Part shown: one piece after another, positions 1 through 12,804 of the stretch | Layout: each line of letters opens with the position of its first letter | How positions within the stretch are numbered: the first letter of the stretch is position 1 | DNA from: Octopus sinensis | Taxonomy: Eukaryota | Length of the DNA: 64,000 bases | Assembly (NCBI RefSeq): GCF_006345805.1 | Contig: NC_043010.1 | Location: 54,808,001 to 54,872,000, forward strand | Reading direction: 5' to 3' | Translations under genes and position numbers: made by a program | The notes under the pieces: generated by a model | Databases searched by the model: none | Seen by the model: only the letters and a program-made list of their open reading frames with translations | What the model was told of the DNA's origin: nothing

Positions 1-984
1 GCGAATATCCTATGGATTAATTATGTAATATGTTCGGACAAATTATCATAAACGCGTTTATCACAACATTTTTATATCAATATTCATTTAAAATTTGTAT
101 TGTATTAATATTTGGATTTGTGTCACACTGCTATCAAATTCATATTTTATTCTTCCGAAATATACAGCTAAATACGAGAAAAACAGGTAAAAAAATAATA
201 GTAAATTGAACATTAATATGCCTTTCCGCAGTGTCAGCCACTCTCCTTGTAGCGTTATAAAAATTCATTAAACTGATCATTTCCTTACTTAATTACATAA
301 TGATATTTGGGTGAAGTTTTTAGACAAGGTGTGGCATTTTTTTGATAATTATTCATTTTTAATTGTAAAATTGTAAACAAACGAGACCATATCTAATTGA
401 TAACGACTCGCTTGTTTACAGTATAAAATGAAAAGGTAAATGAATTATAAATGTAAGAATAAAAAAAGAAAGTGAAAAACTCCAATTATTTCTAATGCTA
501 CAGATTTTATATGCCAGATTTCGACTTGAATATCATTAGAGGAAAAACAGATACAAAATTTACAAAAATGAAAAACGAAGGAAAATATATTATTTGCTTA
601 ATTATAGATCTAACTAAGGTGTGTATTAATCATAATAATTAATTCCTGATATTTGAATCTATGTATACAATGATTCAAAATTCTTTACATTATCGCTTCG
701 CTAACCTTTGGTTGGTAATGTTGTAGGGGCGCCATTGTGACACTCAACTTGCGCTGAGGGTATTTACAGCTGATGAAGCACGGTATTTCTACATCGCTGG
801 TCGCAGCCGATTACTTTTAGAAAACAGAAAAACTGACATTCAGAATGATAGAACCATATATTATTGATTGACTCTGAAAGGAATAAGTGCGAGGTTGACA
901 TGTTATTTCACATGTGCAATTTAAATGACATATGTGACAACTCTTATATTACTTTCAGTGTATAGCTCTTACTTTAATCATCAC

Positions 985-1600
985 AGCATTAATATAACTA
1001 AGTCTATCGTTGATCTTCCTATAAGGTTTATAAATGTTCTTATTTAGATCTAAGGATACACCTAGGAAATTGACAACCGTCAGGTTGGTATCTGTAGTTA
1101 TGTTAAGACCGAAAGTTTTCATTAAATGGATAATTTCTTTCCTACACTGATCCTGTGCTGGTCCATTGGTATTGGCTGTTAAATGGCGAAGTATAAGTCA
1201 GGAAAAATCTTGCCCAACGTATCGAGTAGGAATAATACGATAAGATCGCATATGCCTGCTCCATCATATGACCCATGCTCATATCGAAAGCACCCTCTGT
1301 ATCGGTAGTCTTGGCCGACTCTGCGTTCTCGCTGAAGAGTAAAGTCTTTCTGGCATGGAAGATTATTATGTCCTTATCCTATTTCTATGAATTCGTTTGC
1401 GAAGGTGAAGGCGTTATCTAGCACTTTCTACATTAACGGCAGTGGAAAGTGCGTTCTTTGTGATATGTAAAGATAGCACATCCTCAGAAGCAGCCACATG
1501 TCTAAATTCAAGAACTGAACTTTTCGGATCATGTCCATACGTGGCTAAATATTTGTTACGTTTTTGGTCCCCCTCCCCGACATTACAGATAGGACATGCT
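985..1600 (-). mobile_element. Penelope-like element reverse transcriptase relic (frameshifted)
   Basis: Minus-strand frames give IIFHARKTLLFS, FDMSMG/SYDGAGICDLIVLFLL and KEIIHLMKTFGLNITTDTNLTVVNFLGVSLDLNKNIYKPYRKINDRLSYIN, matching Penelope RT motifs (HARKSLLF, FDVTMGSYDGAE, NLKVVNFLDVTLDL..YKPYRKPN). The YRDD catalytic segment is not recognisable. Confidence 0.85.
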
Positions 1601-2356
1601 TTCAATATTGTGTCCACGTACATGCTTTTTATCTCTATATTTTTCCTTATGTTTCTTATATATTTTGTACTTATATTTTAATATATTTTTTATATATTTT
1701 TAGATAATTATAGAGATATTGTTTCATAGTTTTATTGCACATATATTTTTAGACATGATTTTTCTGTATTCTCTCTTCCACCTTGCATTTTTCCTGTGCT
1801 TATATAGACGTTTATATGAATTTTTTGTGCGCGAGTGTGGATGTGTGCGTGTGCGCGGGTATGTGCGTATATAAGTGTGTGTGTGTGTGTGTGTGTGTTT
1901 GTGTGTTCGTGTATGCAAATTTGTGCATATATAGACGTGTTTTATTCTTATTGCTTATTTCTTTACACTTTTTTACACATTTTTTCTGTATTTTGACTTT
2001 AGCCCTGTTTTTTGCTGTGCATTTGCATATATAGACGTGTGTATTAACCGTTTTCTGTGCGTGTGTGTGCACGAGCGTGTATGCGGGTATGCATATATAT
2101 ATTTTGGCGAATGTGTGGTTGAGTATGTGCATGTTTTAAGTGTGGGTGTGTGAGTATATACATATAGGCGCATGCAAGTTGATGTGCGGTCGCTTACACG
2201 ATTACTATGAACATTTTTACTCCCATACCTTTACTCCTTCACCATACTTAGCGGTCATTTACATAGACATCCGAAACTCAGAGTTTTATCATGGCTACCG
2301 AATAAGTGTCACATATATTTACAGATAAATTCCTCTATTTCATAGTATGGATGTCT

Positions 2357-2712
2357 CTTTCATTCTTGTTTCAGTCATCTGACTGCGGCCATGCTGGAGT
2401 ACTACCTTTTGATCGAAGAAATCGACATTGGACTTTTTCTTTGTAAGCCTGCTGCTAATTCTATCGGTCACTTTTTGCCGAACCGCTAGCTTACGGGGAA
2501 GTAAACATACCAATATCAGTTGACAAGCCAAGGCATATAAATATATAAATATATTCGACGAACTTCTTTCAATTTCCGTCAACTAAATCCACTCAGAAGG
2601 ATTTGGTTGGCTCGAGGCTATAATAGAAGATATTTGCCCAAGGTTGCAAATAGCAGAACTGAAACAGGACCCATGTGGTTGGGAAGCAAACTTCTTACCA
2701 CACAGCCACGCC
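2357..2712 (-). mobile_element. tRNA-derived SINE, family A (octopus OK/OR-type; exact family name not assigned)
   Basis: Reverse complement has head GGCGTGGCTGTGTGGTAAG, the CTTGGGCAA motif and 3' part CAGCATGGCCGCAGTC..ATGACTGAAACAAG, shared with about 10 other copies in the window. Confidence 0.85.
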
Positions 2713-2757
2713 ACATATATACATTCATATATACATATATATACGTAAACATAAATA

Positions 2758-3020
2758 AAAGGTAGACGGAAACTGAAAGAAGCCCGTCGTATATATGTGT
2801 GTGTATCCGTTTGTGTGTCTGTGTTTGTCCTCTCAACATCGCTTGACAACCGATGCGGGTGTGTTCACGTCCCCGTAACTTAGCGGTTCGGCCTAAGAGC
2901 CGATAGAATAAGTACTAGGCTTACGAGGAATAAGTCCTGGGGTTGATTTGCTCGACTAAAGGCGGTGCTGCAGCATGGCCGCAGTCAAATGACTGAAACA
3001 ACTAAAAGAATAAAAGAATA
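2758..3020 (+). mobile_element. SINE family A, 5'-truncated
   Basis: GGTAGACGGAAACTGAAAGAAGCCCGTCG...GGCCGCAGTCAAATGACTGAAACAACTAAAAGAATAAAAGAATA. Confidence 0.85.
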
Positions 3021-3040
3021 CACACACACACATACATACA

Positions 3041-3071
<31 letters not shown>

Positions 3072-3095
3072 GTATGCGTATGTATATATATATAT

Positions 3096-3321
3096 ATTTC
3101 TTTACTACCCACGAGGGGCTAAACACAGAGGGGACAAACAAGGACAGACATAGGTATTAAGTCGATTACATCGACCCCAGTGCGTAACTGGTACTTTAAT
3201 TTATCGACCCCGAAAGGATGAAGGGCAAAGTCGACCTCGGCAGAATTTGAACTCAGAATGTAACGTCAGACGAAATACGGCTACGCATTTCGCCCTGCGC
3301 GCTAACGATTCTGCTAGCTCG

Positions 3322-3323
<2 letters not shown>
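3096..3323 (-). mobile_element. SINE family B
   Basis: Reverse complement GGCGAGCTAGCAGAATCGTTAGC...GAGTTCAAATTC (B-box-like)...GCCCTTCATCCTTTCGGGGTCGATAAATTAAAGTACCAG...GTAGTAAAGAAA. Confidence 0.85.
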
Positions 3324-3391
<68 letters not shown>

Positions 3392-4097
3392 TATATATAA
3401 TATATATATATAATTATATATATATATATATATATAATATTATATATATATATATGCGTGCATATATGTATGCCTATATATTTTGGAGGTGGGCGTATGT
3501 GTTTATATATTTTCATGCAATTTTCCTCGATAGCAAGAAACAAAGAGAAATTTCTGGTCTATATTCCTATTATTTGCAAAATTTCTTTTTTTCCTTGCTT
3601 CTTTTAACGCATTCAACGTGAAGTAAGAATTATAAAACTGAGCTGTCATTTTCCAATAACCTATTAAACTTGTTTACGAAGACACTCCATGTCATCTTTC
3701 TTTCTCCTAACGCCAACAGTAAACGGAGGAACATGTCTTCTTTCTTTTTTTATATTCTGACAACATGAACGCTCCATCGGAAACATATTAAGTGAACTGC
3801 CACATGAAATATCATTACGCCATATTAATTTCATTGGACAGCTTGCTGATATGTACGAGAGCGTAACAACATTGCTCGCCTCTCACTCTATTTCCGGAAA
3901 GTAAGTGAAATTAAAGCCAGCAATTGTTATACGAGATATACATTGCCAACGAAGCACAATGCGATTCCCTTTCGTTTATTCTGCCGCTCATATTCGTATA
4001 TAGATACATCGTACACAGGAGCAAACTCAGAAGAACATACAAACATGAACACATACACAGAATCCCTACTACATAATAGATATAAATGTGTGCGTGC

Positions 4098-4188
<91 letters not shown>

Positions 4189-4409
4189 ATAAATATATGT
4201 AAGAGTGTCTGTAAATATTTAAATACATGAATGTGTGAATACACACTCATATATATGTATAGAAGTATATACATATACGATTACATATATACATACATGC
4301 ATACATATATACATACATGCATATATATATATATACATGCTGTAATATATGTGAGAATATGGTGCGTACACACACACACATACACACACACACATACACA
4401 CACACACAT

Positions 4410-4464
<55 letters not shown>

Positions 4465-4560
4465 ATATATATAATAATAATAAATATTAGGGAATAAATC
4501 CAAATTTACAGGGAAAAAAATCAGATTTAGGATTAAATCCAATTTTATAGTAAAATATTA

Positions 4561-4848
4561 TAAATATTATTAGAGACAAAACCACTATTTTGCAAAACAA
4601 ACAAGGAAAGACTTAATCAATACATAAAATTTTAATAAATAGTCAAAACAACCGCCACTACAATCGTTTCTTGTCTTGATCGACAATCTTCAGGTGGACT
4701 TCCAATAAGTCAGTTTCAAATTTGAAGATTGTCGATCAAGACAAGAAACGATTGTAGTGGCGGTTTTTTTGACTATTTATTAAAATTTTATGTATTGATT
4801 AAGTCTTTCCTTGTTTGTTTTGCAAAATAGTGGTTTTGTCACTAATAA

Positions 4849-4854
<6 letters not shown>
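4561..4854. repeat. Long inverted repeat (132-bp arms, 30-nt spacer), Penelope pLTR-like
   Basis: 4561-4692 is the reverse complement of 4723-4854 with 2 mismatches by eye; flanked by (TA)n. Confidence 0.95.
4655..4697 (-). ncRNA. Minimal type I hammerhead ribozyme
   Basis: Minus strand CCAC-CUGAAGA-UUGUC/GAUCAA/GACAA-GAAAC-GAUU-GUA-GUGG: complete core, 4-bp stem I, 5-bp stem II, minimal stem III, GUA cleavage triplet. Confidence 0.85.
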
Positions 4855-4890
<36 letters not shown>

Positions 4891-4892
<2 letters not shown>

Positions 4893-5160
4893 GGTCCCGG
4901 GTTGATTCGGGGTTAACCACAGTAAATAAGGTACCCAATACATAGCAGAGTAAAATTAATTTATTATATAGAAGGAGCTTCTACAGGACTAGAACTGTTT
5001 CATTCAAGAGAAATCTTCAGGAAGCTAGTTAACAAGAATTGTATTGGCATTTATACATTTAGGCAGGTTTAAAGGGGTGTTGGTGGGGGACTTTTTGGGG
5101 GTAGGCATAGCGCAAAAAATCATACTTGGGGGAGTGGTCAAGGAGTCAGTGTTAAATTAG
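4891..5160 (-). mobile_element. Probable Penelope-like terminal repeat (pLTR) fragment
   Basis: Non-coding segment carrying a hammerhead and ending (minus sense) at a (TA)n tract; assignment inferred from the known PLE-hammerhead association. Confidence 0.5.
4976..5026 (-). ncRNA. Type I hammerhead ribozyme
   Basis: Minus strand AGCUUC-CUGAAGA-U-UUC/UCUU/GAA-U-GAAACAG-UUCUAGUC-CUGUA-GAAGCU: 6-bp stem I, 4-bp stem III, GUA triplet; stem II closes on a U-U mismatch. Confidence 0.75.
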
Positions 5161-5164
5161 ATAG

Positions 5165-5295
5165 GAGAATAAATAAAAAATAAAAAATAAAAAATAAAAA
5201 ATAAAAAGTAAAAAATAAAAAATAAAAAATAAAAAAATAAAAAAATATAAAAAAATATAAAAAAATAAAAAAATAAAAATAAAAATAAAAAATAA

Positions 5296-5342
<47 letters not shown>

Positions 5343-5830
5343 GGGGGAATAGAGTTTTAGGTAAATGAGGAGATTCTCACTTATACCTCTACACATACAC
5401 ACATATATACACTCACACATACATATACATATCTACACATACACATATATATGTATACATACACACACTCACTTGCATACACGTATACACACATGTATAT
5501 ATACACACACGACCACACATACATATACACACAGAAAAATATATATATACACATACACACACATACTCACATACACGCATACACACACAAATCCATACAC
5601 ACACATGCACACACAGCACACTAGTCCCTATATACACATATATACACATACACATATATATACACCCACACATACACATACATACACATATATATACATA
5701 CATACACACACATATACACATATATATACACATACACATATATATATATATATATACACATATATATACATATGTGTACCCATGCATACCTACACATACA
5801 CACATATATATATATACATATACAAATACA
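5165..5830. repeat. (AAAAAT)n-like, (TA)n and CA-rich low-complexity tract
   Basis: Direct inspection. Confidence 0.9.
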
Positions 5831-6148
5831 GACCCATTCCCTAATTTTAATTGTATTATCTTCGTTTATTACTTTTGTTATCTTTGGCCGCTTGGTCACA
5901 AACATCTTGGCTATGACAGCCAGACCATTTATCCGTCTACTGGAAAACAATTACTCATTCACTCACGCACACTCTTTAGCACGTACACTCACTCATTCGT
6001 ACACTCATACGCATACACGCACGCACGCGTTATATTCATACATACATACATCTACATACATTCACGTATATACACATACGTACGCGTACCTACAGATTCA
6101 TGTCTACACTCTTAGAAGGCTAGTCTATACATATACACCAATAAATAT

Positions 6149-6197
<49 letters not shown>

Positions 6198-6279
6198 ATA
6201 TATATATATATATATATATCACTGCCTGTATGCTTCCGAAAATTTATGGGTATGGATGTCTGTATATGACATTGATATG

Positions 6280-6305
6280 CGTCTTTCTATCTATCTATCT
6301 ATCTA

Positions 6306-6352
<47 letters not shown>

Positions 6353-6410
6353 TTCTATATATCTATCTATCTATCTATCTATCTATTTGCCTATCTATCT
6401 ATCTACTTTA
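6280..6410. repeat. (TCTA)n microsatellite
   Basis: Direct inspection; similar arrays at 16600-16695, 33635-33820, 38575-38765 and 58300-58720. Confidence 0.95.
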
Positions 6411-7414
6411 TCCAGACAAACTAATCTTTGAAAAATTATGGCAAGGTTGTCAGACATATTTACTGGCATTTAACCACACACACACACACTCACACACACT
6501 CACACACACACACACACAGACACACGCACACAAGGTGTTGCTGTAATTGTCTAGGCTTTGGACTCTATGTGAAAGGAGGTGTGGCAGGTAAATATGATTT
6601 TATTTAACATATTCCCTTCTCCGTTTGACACGCTTATAGTAACGTCCTCCAGCGTTTCTATATCCAGTAAAGTAATCACAAGTTTTGGATTCAACCAGGC
6701 ATTTCTTGGAATGTTTAAATCAGGAACTTTTCACCCCACCCTCACCACGTATATATATATAAACGACCTGTTGGACCTAAGGTGTCATATTACTTGGTAG
6801 CGTATTAATAAGTATTTGCATGGTGCAAAACCTGCTGGGTATACTTCCATGAGTATAACAATTATGAATTCAAAATCTGTCCAGGCCAAATTTGCGTTAC
6901 CAGTATACGAAGACGAATCCTCATTGATGTAATCAATAGTAAGATCGACGTAATTAGCGATGACTTATTATATCGCAACATAATTCAATACTGATGACTG
7001 AAGCACTGCAAATCATAATATAACAAAATGATGCATTCATATAATAAAATTTGATAGTCGTGCGTAAAATATTGCAAATGAGATCGTTGGTTAACTGAGA
7101 ATTTCGGTTTTACGAAGAGGATATTTGAATTAACTTACAAAGGATACGGTTTCAATTCAATTATTCCAATTAATTGAAAAAGAAAGAAAAAGAAAATTAG
7201 GGAATACATAATCAGTCATGCAATATCGCAATTTGGCGAAAGAATGCTTATATTAGAAAAGTAATCAATCATAGAACGTTCCGGTTAATTCGCTGCACTG
7301 ATTATATTTTACGAAATATAATATTTCATAAGGCTTGTACGGTATTTCTTGTACTACTCTGCCATATTAGGATTCTATTTCTCTTAAAATAGTAATCTGT
7401 GTGTTTTTCAGATG

Positions 7415-8173
<759 letters not shown>

Positions 8174-8189
8174 TCAAAGTTCATAATTT

Positions 8190-8375
8190 CGCTGGTGGGG
8201 CGCTAAGTTGATTACATCGATCCCAGTTTTCGAATGGTACTCAATTTATCAACACGGAAATTATGAAATTCAATAGCAACTCCGTTCGGCAGAATTCGTA
8301 TGAATTCGTGGAATACATACGAAATGCTGTTCAGCATTTTTCGGCGTTCCAATCATTCTGCCACCCCCACCGCCT
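8190..8375 (-). mobile_element. SINE family B, degenerate
   Basis: TTGATTACATCGATCCCAG...GGTACTCAATTTATC...GAAATGCTG...TTCTGCCA resembles the reverse complement of family B. Confidence 0.55.
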
Positions 8376-8889
8376 TCATAACAACGCCACTAATAACAAC
8401 GTTAACAATAACAATACCGATAACTGCTTAAAAAAATACGACTCTATGTAACGATAATCGATGATAGTCATTTGAAAAGAAAATGAATCAATTATGTTTT
8501 CATTTCCAACTAACTATAATAGCTTCTACACGATAATTGCATCATATTCTTTCATTTCTGAGTGATTAGATACTTGGTGTTTAGAAGATGTAATTTCTGT
8601 AATGATACAGAAGATGTTTTAGGAAATGCAATTTCTCTAATGGTACCATAATATGCTGCTGTAGATATTCTGGCTCGTGTTAAAATTCTTACAATATTTG
8701 TTGTTTATGTCGATTCTGTATAACACGTTTCTGCGACTAAGATTTACACAATTCTGTTGTGTCTATTGAATTCTTCTGTTTTTGTTGTTATTGCGTAAAA
8801 TGGGCTCCAAAATAAGTCTAAACATCGAAAATAACTTATCCGAAGCTATCATCTTACTATAATGGTCCTTATGTCCGCCTGTCAATTAG

Positions 8890-9188
8890 AAGTGTCTCCT
8901 ACTATAGCCTCGGGCCGACCAAAGCCTTCTGAGTGGATTTCTTAGACGGAAACTGAAAAAAGCCCTTCGTATATATGTATATGTGTGTGTTTTTGTGTCT
9001 GTGTTTGTCTCCCCCCAACATCATTTGACAACCAATGCTGGTGTGTTTATTTGCCCGTAACTTAGCAGTTCAGCGAAAGAGACTGATAGAATAATTACTA
9101 GGCTTACAGAGAATAAGTCCTGGTGTCAATTTCCTCGACTAAAATGTGCTGCCCCAGCATGGCCGCTGTCAAACGACTGAAACAAGTA
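8890..9188 (+). mobile_element. SINE family A, 5'-truncated
   Basis: GTGTCTCCTACTATAGCCTCGGGCCGACC...GACTGAAACAAGTAA. Confidence 0.85.
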
Positions 9189-10016
9189 ATATTTATATAA
9201 AATGTAAAATGGATATGTGTGTGTGTGTGTTTTAGCTTTTCATGCAAAAACGGCTTCACCAATTGCTTCCATACTCGTGATGCATGAATAATTTAACCCT
9301 GGACAAACTATAGCCTCTTCATTTGAATTTGTTATGTTAAAAATAAGTAACATTGCTTTATATATATATGATTGACTTATTTAAAAAGGTTTCTGAATGT
9401 CAACTTCCGGTATTGACGTTGCAAAGGCAAAATTTTTCTGTTTTGTATTTGCAATATCTCTTTCTCTCTTTTGATGTTTTAATTTCAAGTTTTAATTCAC
9501 TATTTTCAAACAACTACGATAAATTACTGAAATAAATATTTACTAAGTTCACAAATTTAAACGTTCGCTGCAACAGCTTAAGTTTATACGACTTTTTCGT
9601 TTCATGTTTATTTCATCTATTTGTTCGTGATGTTTTCTTTCTCTCTCACTCACACAAAAGTCAGTGTGTTTTTGTAAGTACGTTTGTATACATTCATGTA
9701 TATATATGTGTTCGTAAGAGAGAGAGAGAGAGAGAGAGGGAGGGAGAGAGTGAGTCAAGGGGCATGTTCTCATGTATTCGTACATACGTAAGCAAATATA
9801 CATACATACTTTTTATATGTATGTGTACATGTATGTGTATGTGAGAGAGACACAGAAAGAGACAGAGGGAGTAATGTCTAAGTTGCATTCACTCTCTCTC
9901 TTTCCGTCTCTCTCACACACACACGCACACATACACACGCACACATACACACGCACACATACACAGAAAAAAGATGTATTCATATTTATTTATGTACGTA
10001 TACATGACAACATACC

Positions 10017-10064
<48 letters not shown>

Positions 10065-10329
10065 CACACACACGTCCTTTTCATCAGATGTTTGATTCTC
10101 TATTTGTGTGTGTATGTGTGTGCGAGTTCGTTCATGCACGCGCGCACGGGGTGTCGCGCAATCGCCATTAATTTCAATTACTCTTGTGGAGATATTCACG
10201 TCACTCCTCTTTTCATTTAATCCCAATTTTAATTTTTGAAAATGTATTCGAAAGCAATGTTTTCACAATCTACAAGACGAATTGCTGTAGATGTATGTAT
10301 TACTGTAGATAAGTATTGGACAGTCAATC

Positions 10330-11700
10330 AAAGATGAGAACAGGTATACAGAGTCAATGTTGAAATGCTCCTACTCTTTTAAATCTGTCAAGTATGTTTA
10401 CTAATATATAAACAACAGTTTAGATGCTGCAACATACACTCGTATGCAGAATAGCACTCAGGAGATAAATATAAATGACGAAGATGCACTATATGACAGA
10501 GGAAGATACATGAATACCGATGCGGCTTATTGGGGCATATTCAATTTTCCCGTTCATAAGAGGTACCCAGCCATCATTCATCTGTGTGTGTCCATATATA
10601 GAATGGCCACAGGGTTCTCTTTACAAAACAAACAGATTTGCAACAAGCACCTTCTCAAAAAGAAACTACTCTTACTGCCTTTTTAAAGTTACGTGAAGTA
10701 GATGAAGAGGCAAGAAAACTCCTTTATCCACAACTAGCAGTATCGCCCGGCGTTGCTAGGTTTGTAAGGGAAATAACTATATAAGTATTTTTTAGAGAGT
10801 TATAGCAAAAAAATAGCAAACAAATGCATTAAAAATGGAAAAAAAAATTATGGTAATTTTTTTTTTAAATCGTCTCATCGTAGACATTTTTAGAGAGTTA
10901 CCTCCCTTATATAATAGCGAAAAAATGCATTAAAATGGAAAATAATGATGGTAAATTTTTTTTTAAATCGTAGACTCATCGTAGACGCGCGCTAATACCC
11001 CGAAGGGCTCGATATGAATCACGACTATAAGATACCCGGTTTTGGTTAAACTGCACCGCAAAATGTGGGAGTTGTTAGGAATCTAAATCGTAGGAGACAG
11101 ACGCACAACCTTACTTTTATATATAAAGATTACCCAAGTATTACACATGGAGTAACAATACATGGCACAAGAGGGAATGTGGGTCTCTCCAAGCCAAGTA
11201 GAATACTACTACTTACGCTTACTTTTGCATGAAGTACGTTGTCCCAAATCATTCCAAGATTCGAGGAGGGAGGATGGTCATGTGTGTGAAACGTATAGGG
11301 ACATTTGCTATCAACATGCTCATTTTTAGAATATGATGAGCATTGGAACCTTGCATTAACTGAAACATTAGTATCACATTCTCCAAAGAAACTTCGTAAC
11401 ATTTTATACTGAACATGTGTCAACTTGGCAGTCTCCTATAGCTTTCGATAGAACATCGTGAAGACATGGCTGAGATCTTAAAGTATGCAGTTCAATAGGC
11501 AAACCTAGATATAAAATTTCAGTTTTCTGAAAAATTTTAAACCAAGCACTGATTGAAATGGGAGGCAAATATTTGCAAGAGTCTGGCTTTGGACTGCCAA
11601 AACAAACTGTCAAATTACTGATTTAGCATCAAGTAACATAACAACAGAGACAAATTACGACGTCATAGACTGGGCTGCATTTTGGAATGAACATGAACCT
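10330..11700 (+). mobile_element. Helitron Rep/helicase relic, interrupted at 10734-11129
   Basis: SFKSVKYVY*YINN, GRYMNTDAAYWGIFNFPVHKRYPAIIHL, NGHRVLF, TTLTAF, LLYPQ|LPKYYTW, DEHWNLALTE and GFGLPK match the Helitron RepHel pattern (SVKSIKYICKY, GRYISSNEAVWRI.GFPIHER.P.V..L, TTLTAFF, LLYPEVP.YYTW). Confidence 0.85.
10734..11129 (-). mobile_element. Non-autonomous Helitron (complete)
   Basis: Minus strand A|TCTTTATATATAAAAG...subterminal GC-rich motif GCAACGCCGGGCGATA...CTGCTAG|T; inserted between A and T without TSD; a near-identical copy is at 46439-46834. Confidence 0.9.
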
Positions 11701-11827
11701 AAACTTCTTCGAAGTAACGCTGTGCATCTGATAAATGTTTTCCTTTATTGTTATTATTATTTTGTTTCTTTTTGGTTTGGTATTATAAATTCAGAATTGA
11801 TTTCCAACTGAAGAATACCAAATTTCT

Positions 11828-12303
11828 ATACTCTCTTACTCTCTTACTTGTTTCAGTCATTTGACTGCGGCCATGCTGGAGCACCGCCTTTAATCGAGCA
11901 ACTCGACCCCGGGACTTATTCTTTGTAAGCCCAGTACTTATTCTATCGGTCTCATTTTGCCGAACCGCTAAGTTACGGGGACGTAAACACGCAAGCATCG
12001 GTTGTCAAGCGATGTTGGTGGGGACAAACACAGGCACACACACACGCGCACACACACACACATACATACATATATACATATATACGACAGGCTCCTTTCA
12101 GTTTCCATCTACCAGATCCACTCACAAGGCAGTGGTCGGCCCGGGGCTATAGCAGAAGACACTTGCCCGAGATGCCGCGCAGTGGGACTGAACCCGGAAC
12201 CATGTGGTTGGTTTGCAAGCTACTTACCAACTTAGCAAGCCACTCCTGCGCCTATCCGCACAGCCACTCCTGCGCCTATCCGCACAGCCACTCCTGCGCC
12301 TAT
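11828..12303 (-). mobile_element. SINE family A, full length with triplicated 5' end
   Basis: Full family A body; 24-bp unit GCCACTCCTGCGCCTATCCGCACA repeated about 2.7 times at 12239-12303. Confidence 0.9.
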
Positions 12304-12435
12304 AGATACAACATATTTTGATTTTTCTTCCAACATATAAGTAAGAATTTCATTCCCGGTCAATATATATCGTGCGAAACACCGAGTAAATGTTTTCCTT
12401 GATTTACGGACACTTACTCCTGATTCACGAATGGA

Positions 12436-12804
12436 TGGAAGCACTCCGTCGGTTACGACGATGAGTGTTCTGGTTGATCCGAATCAACGGAACAGCCTGC
12501 TCGTGAAATTAACGTATAAGTGGCTGAGCACTCCACAGACACGTGTACCCTTAACGTAGTTCTCGGGGATATTCAGCGTGACACAGAGAGTGACAAGGGC
12601 GGCCCTTTGAAATACAGGTACAACAGAAACAGGAAGTAAGAGTGAGAGAAAGTTGTGGTGAAAGAGTACAGCAGGGATCACCACCATCCCCTGCCGGAGC
12701 CTCGTGGAACTTTTAGGTGTTTTCGCTCAATAAACACTCACAACGCCCGGTCTGGGAATCGAAACCGCGATCCGCTGCCCTAACCACTGGGCCATTGCGC
12801 CTCC
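12436..12804 (-). mobile_element. SINE family C, tail type 1
   Basis: Reverse complement GGAGGCGCAATGGCCCAGTGGTTAGGGCAGCGG (A-box-like)..GGTTTCGATTCCC (B-box-like)...CTACGTTAAGGGTACACGTGTC...GGAGTGCTTCCA. Confidence 0.9.

Noticed and set aside
490-545. Hammerhead-like CUAAUGA...GAAA on the minus strand downstream of the Penelope RT
   Set aside because: G5 is mutated and no consistent stems II or III could be built.
12239-12303. Short direct repeats that might suggest a CRISPR array
   Set aside because: No spacers, eukaryotic context, and the unit is a SINE 5' end. No CRISPR array was seen anywhere in the window.
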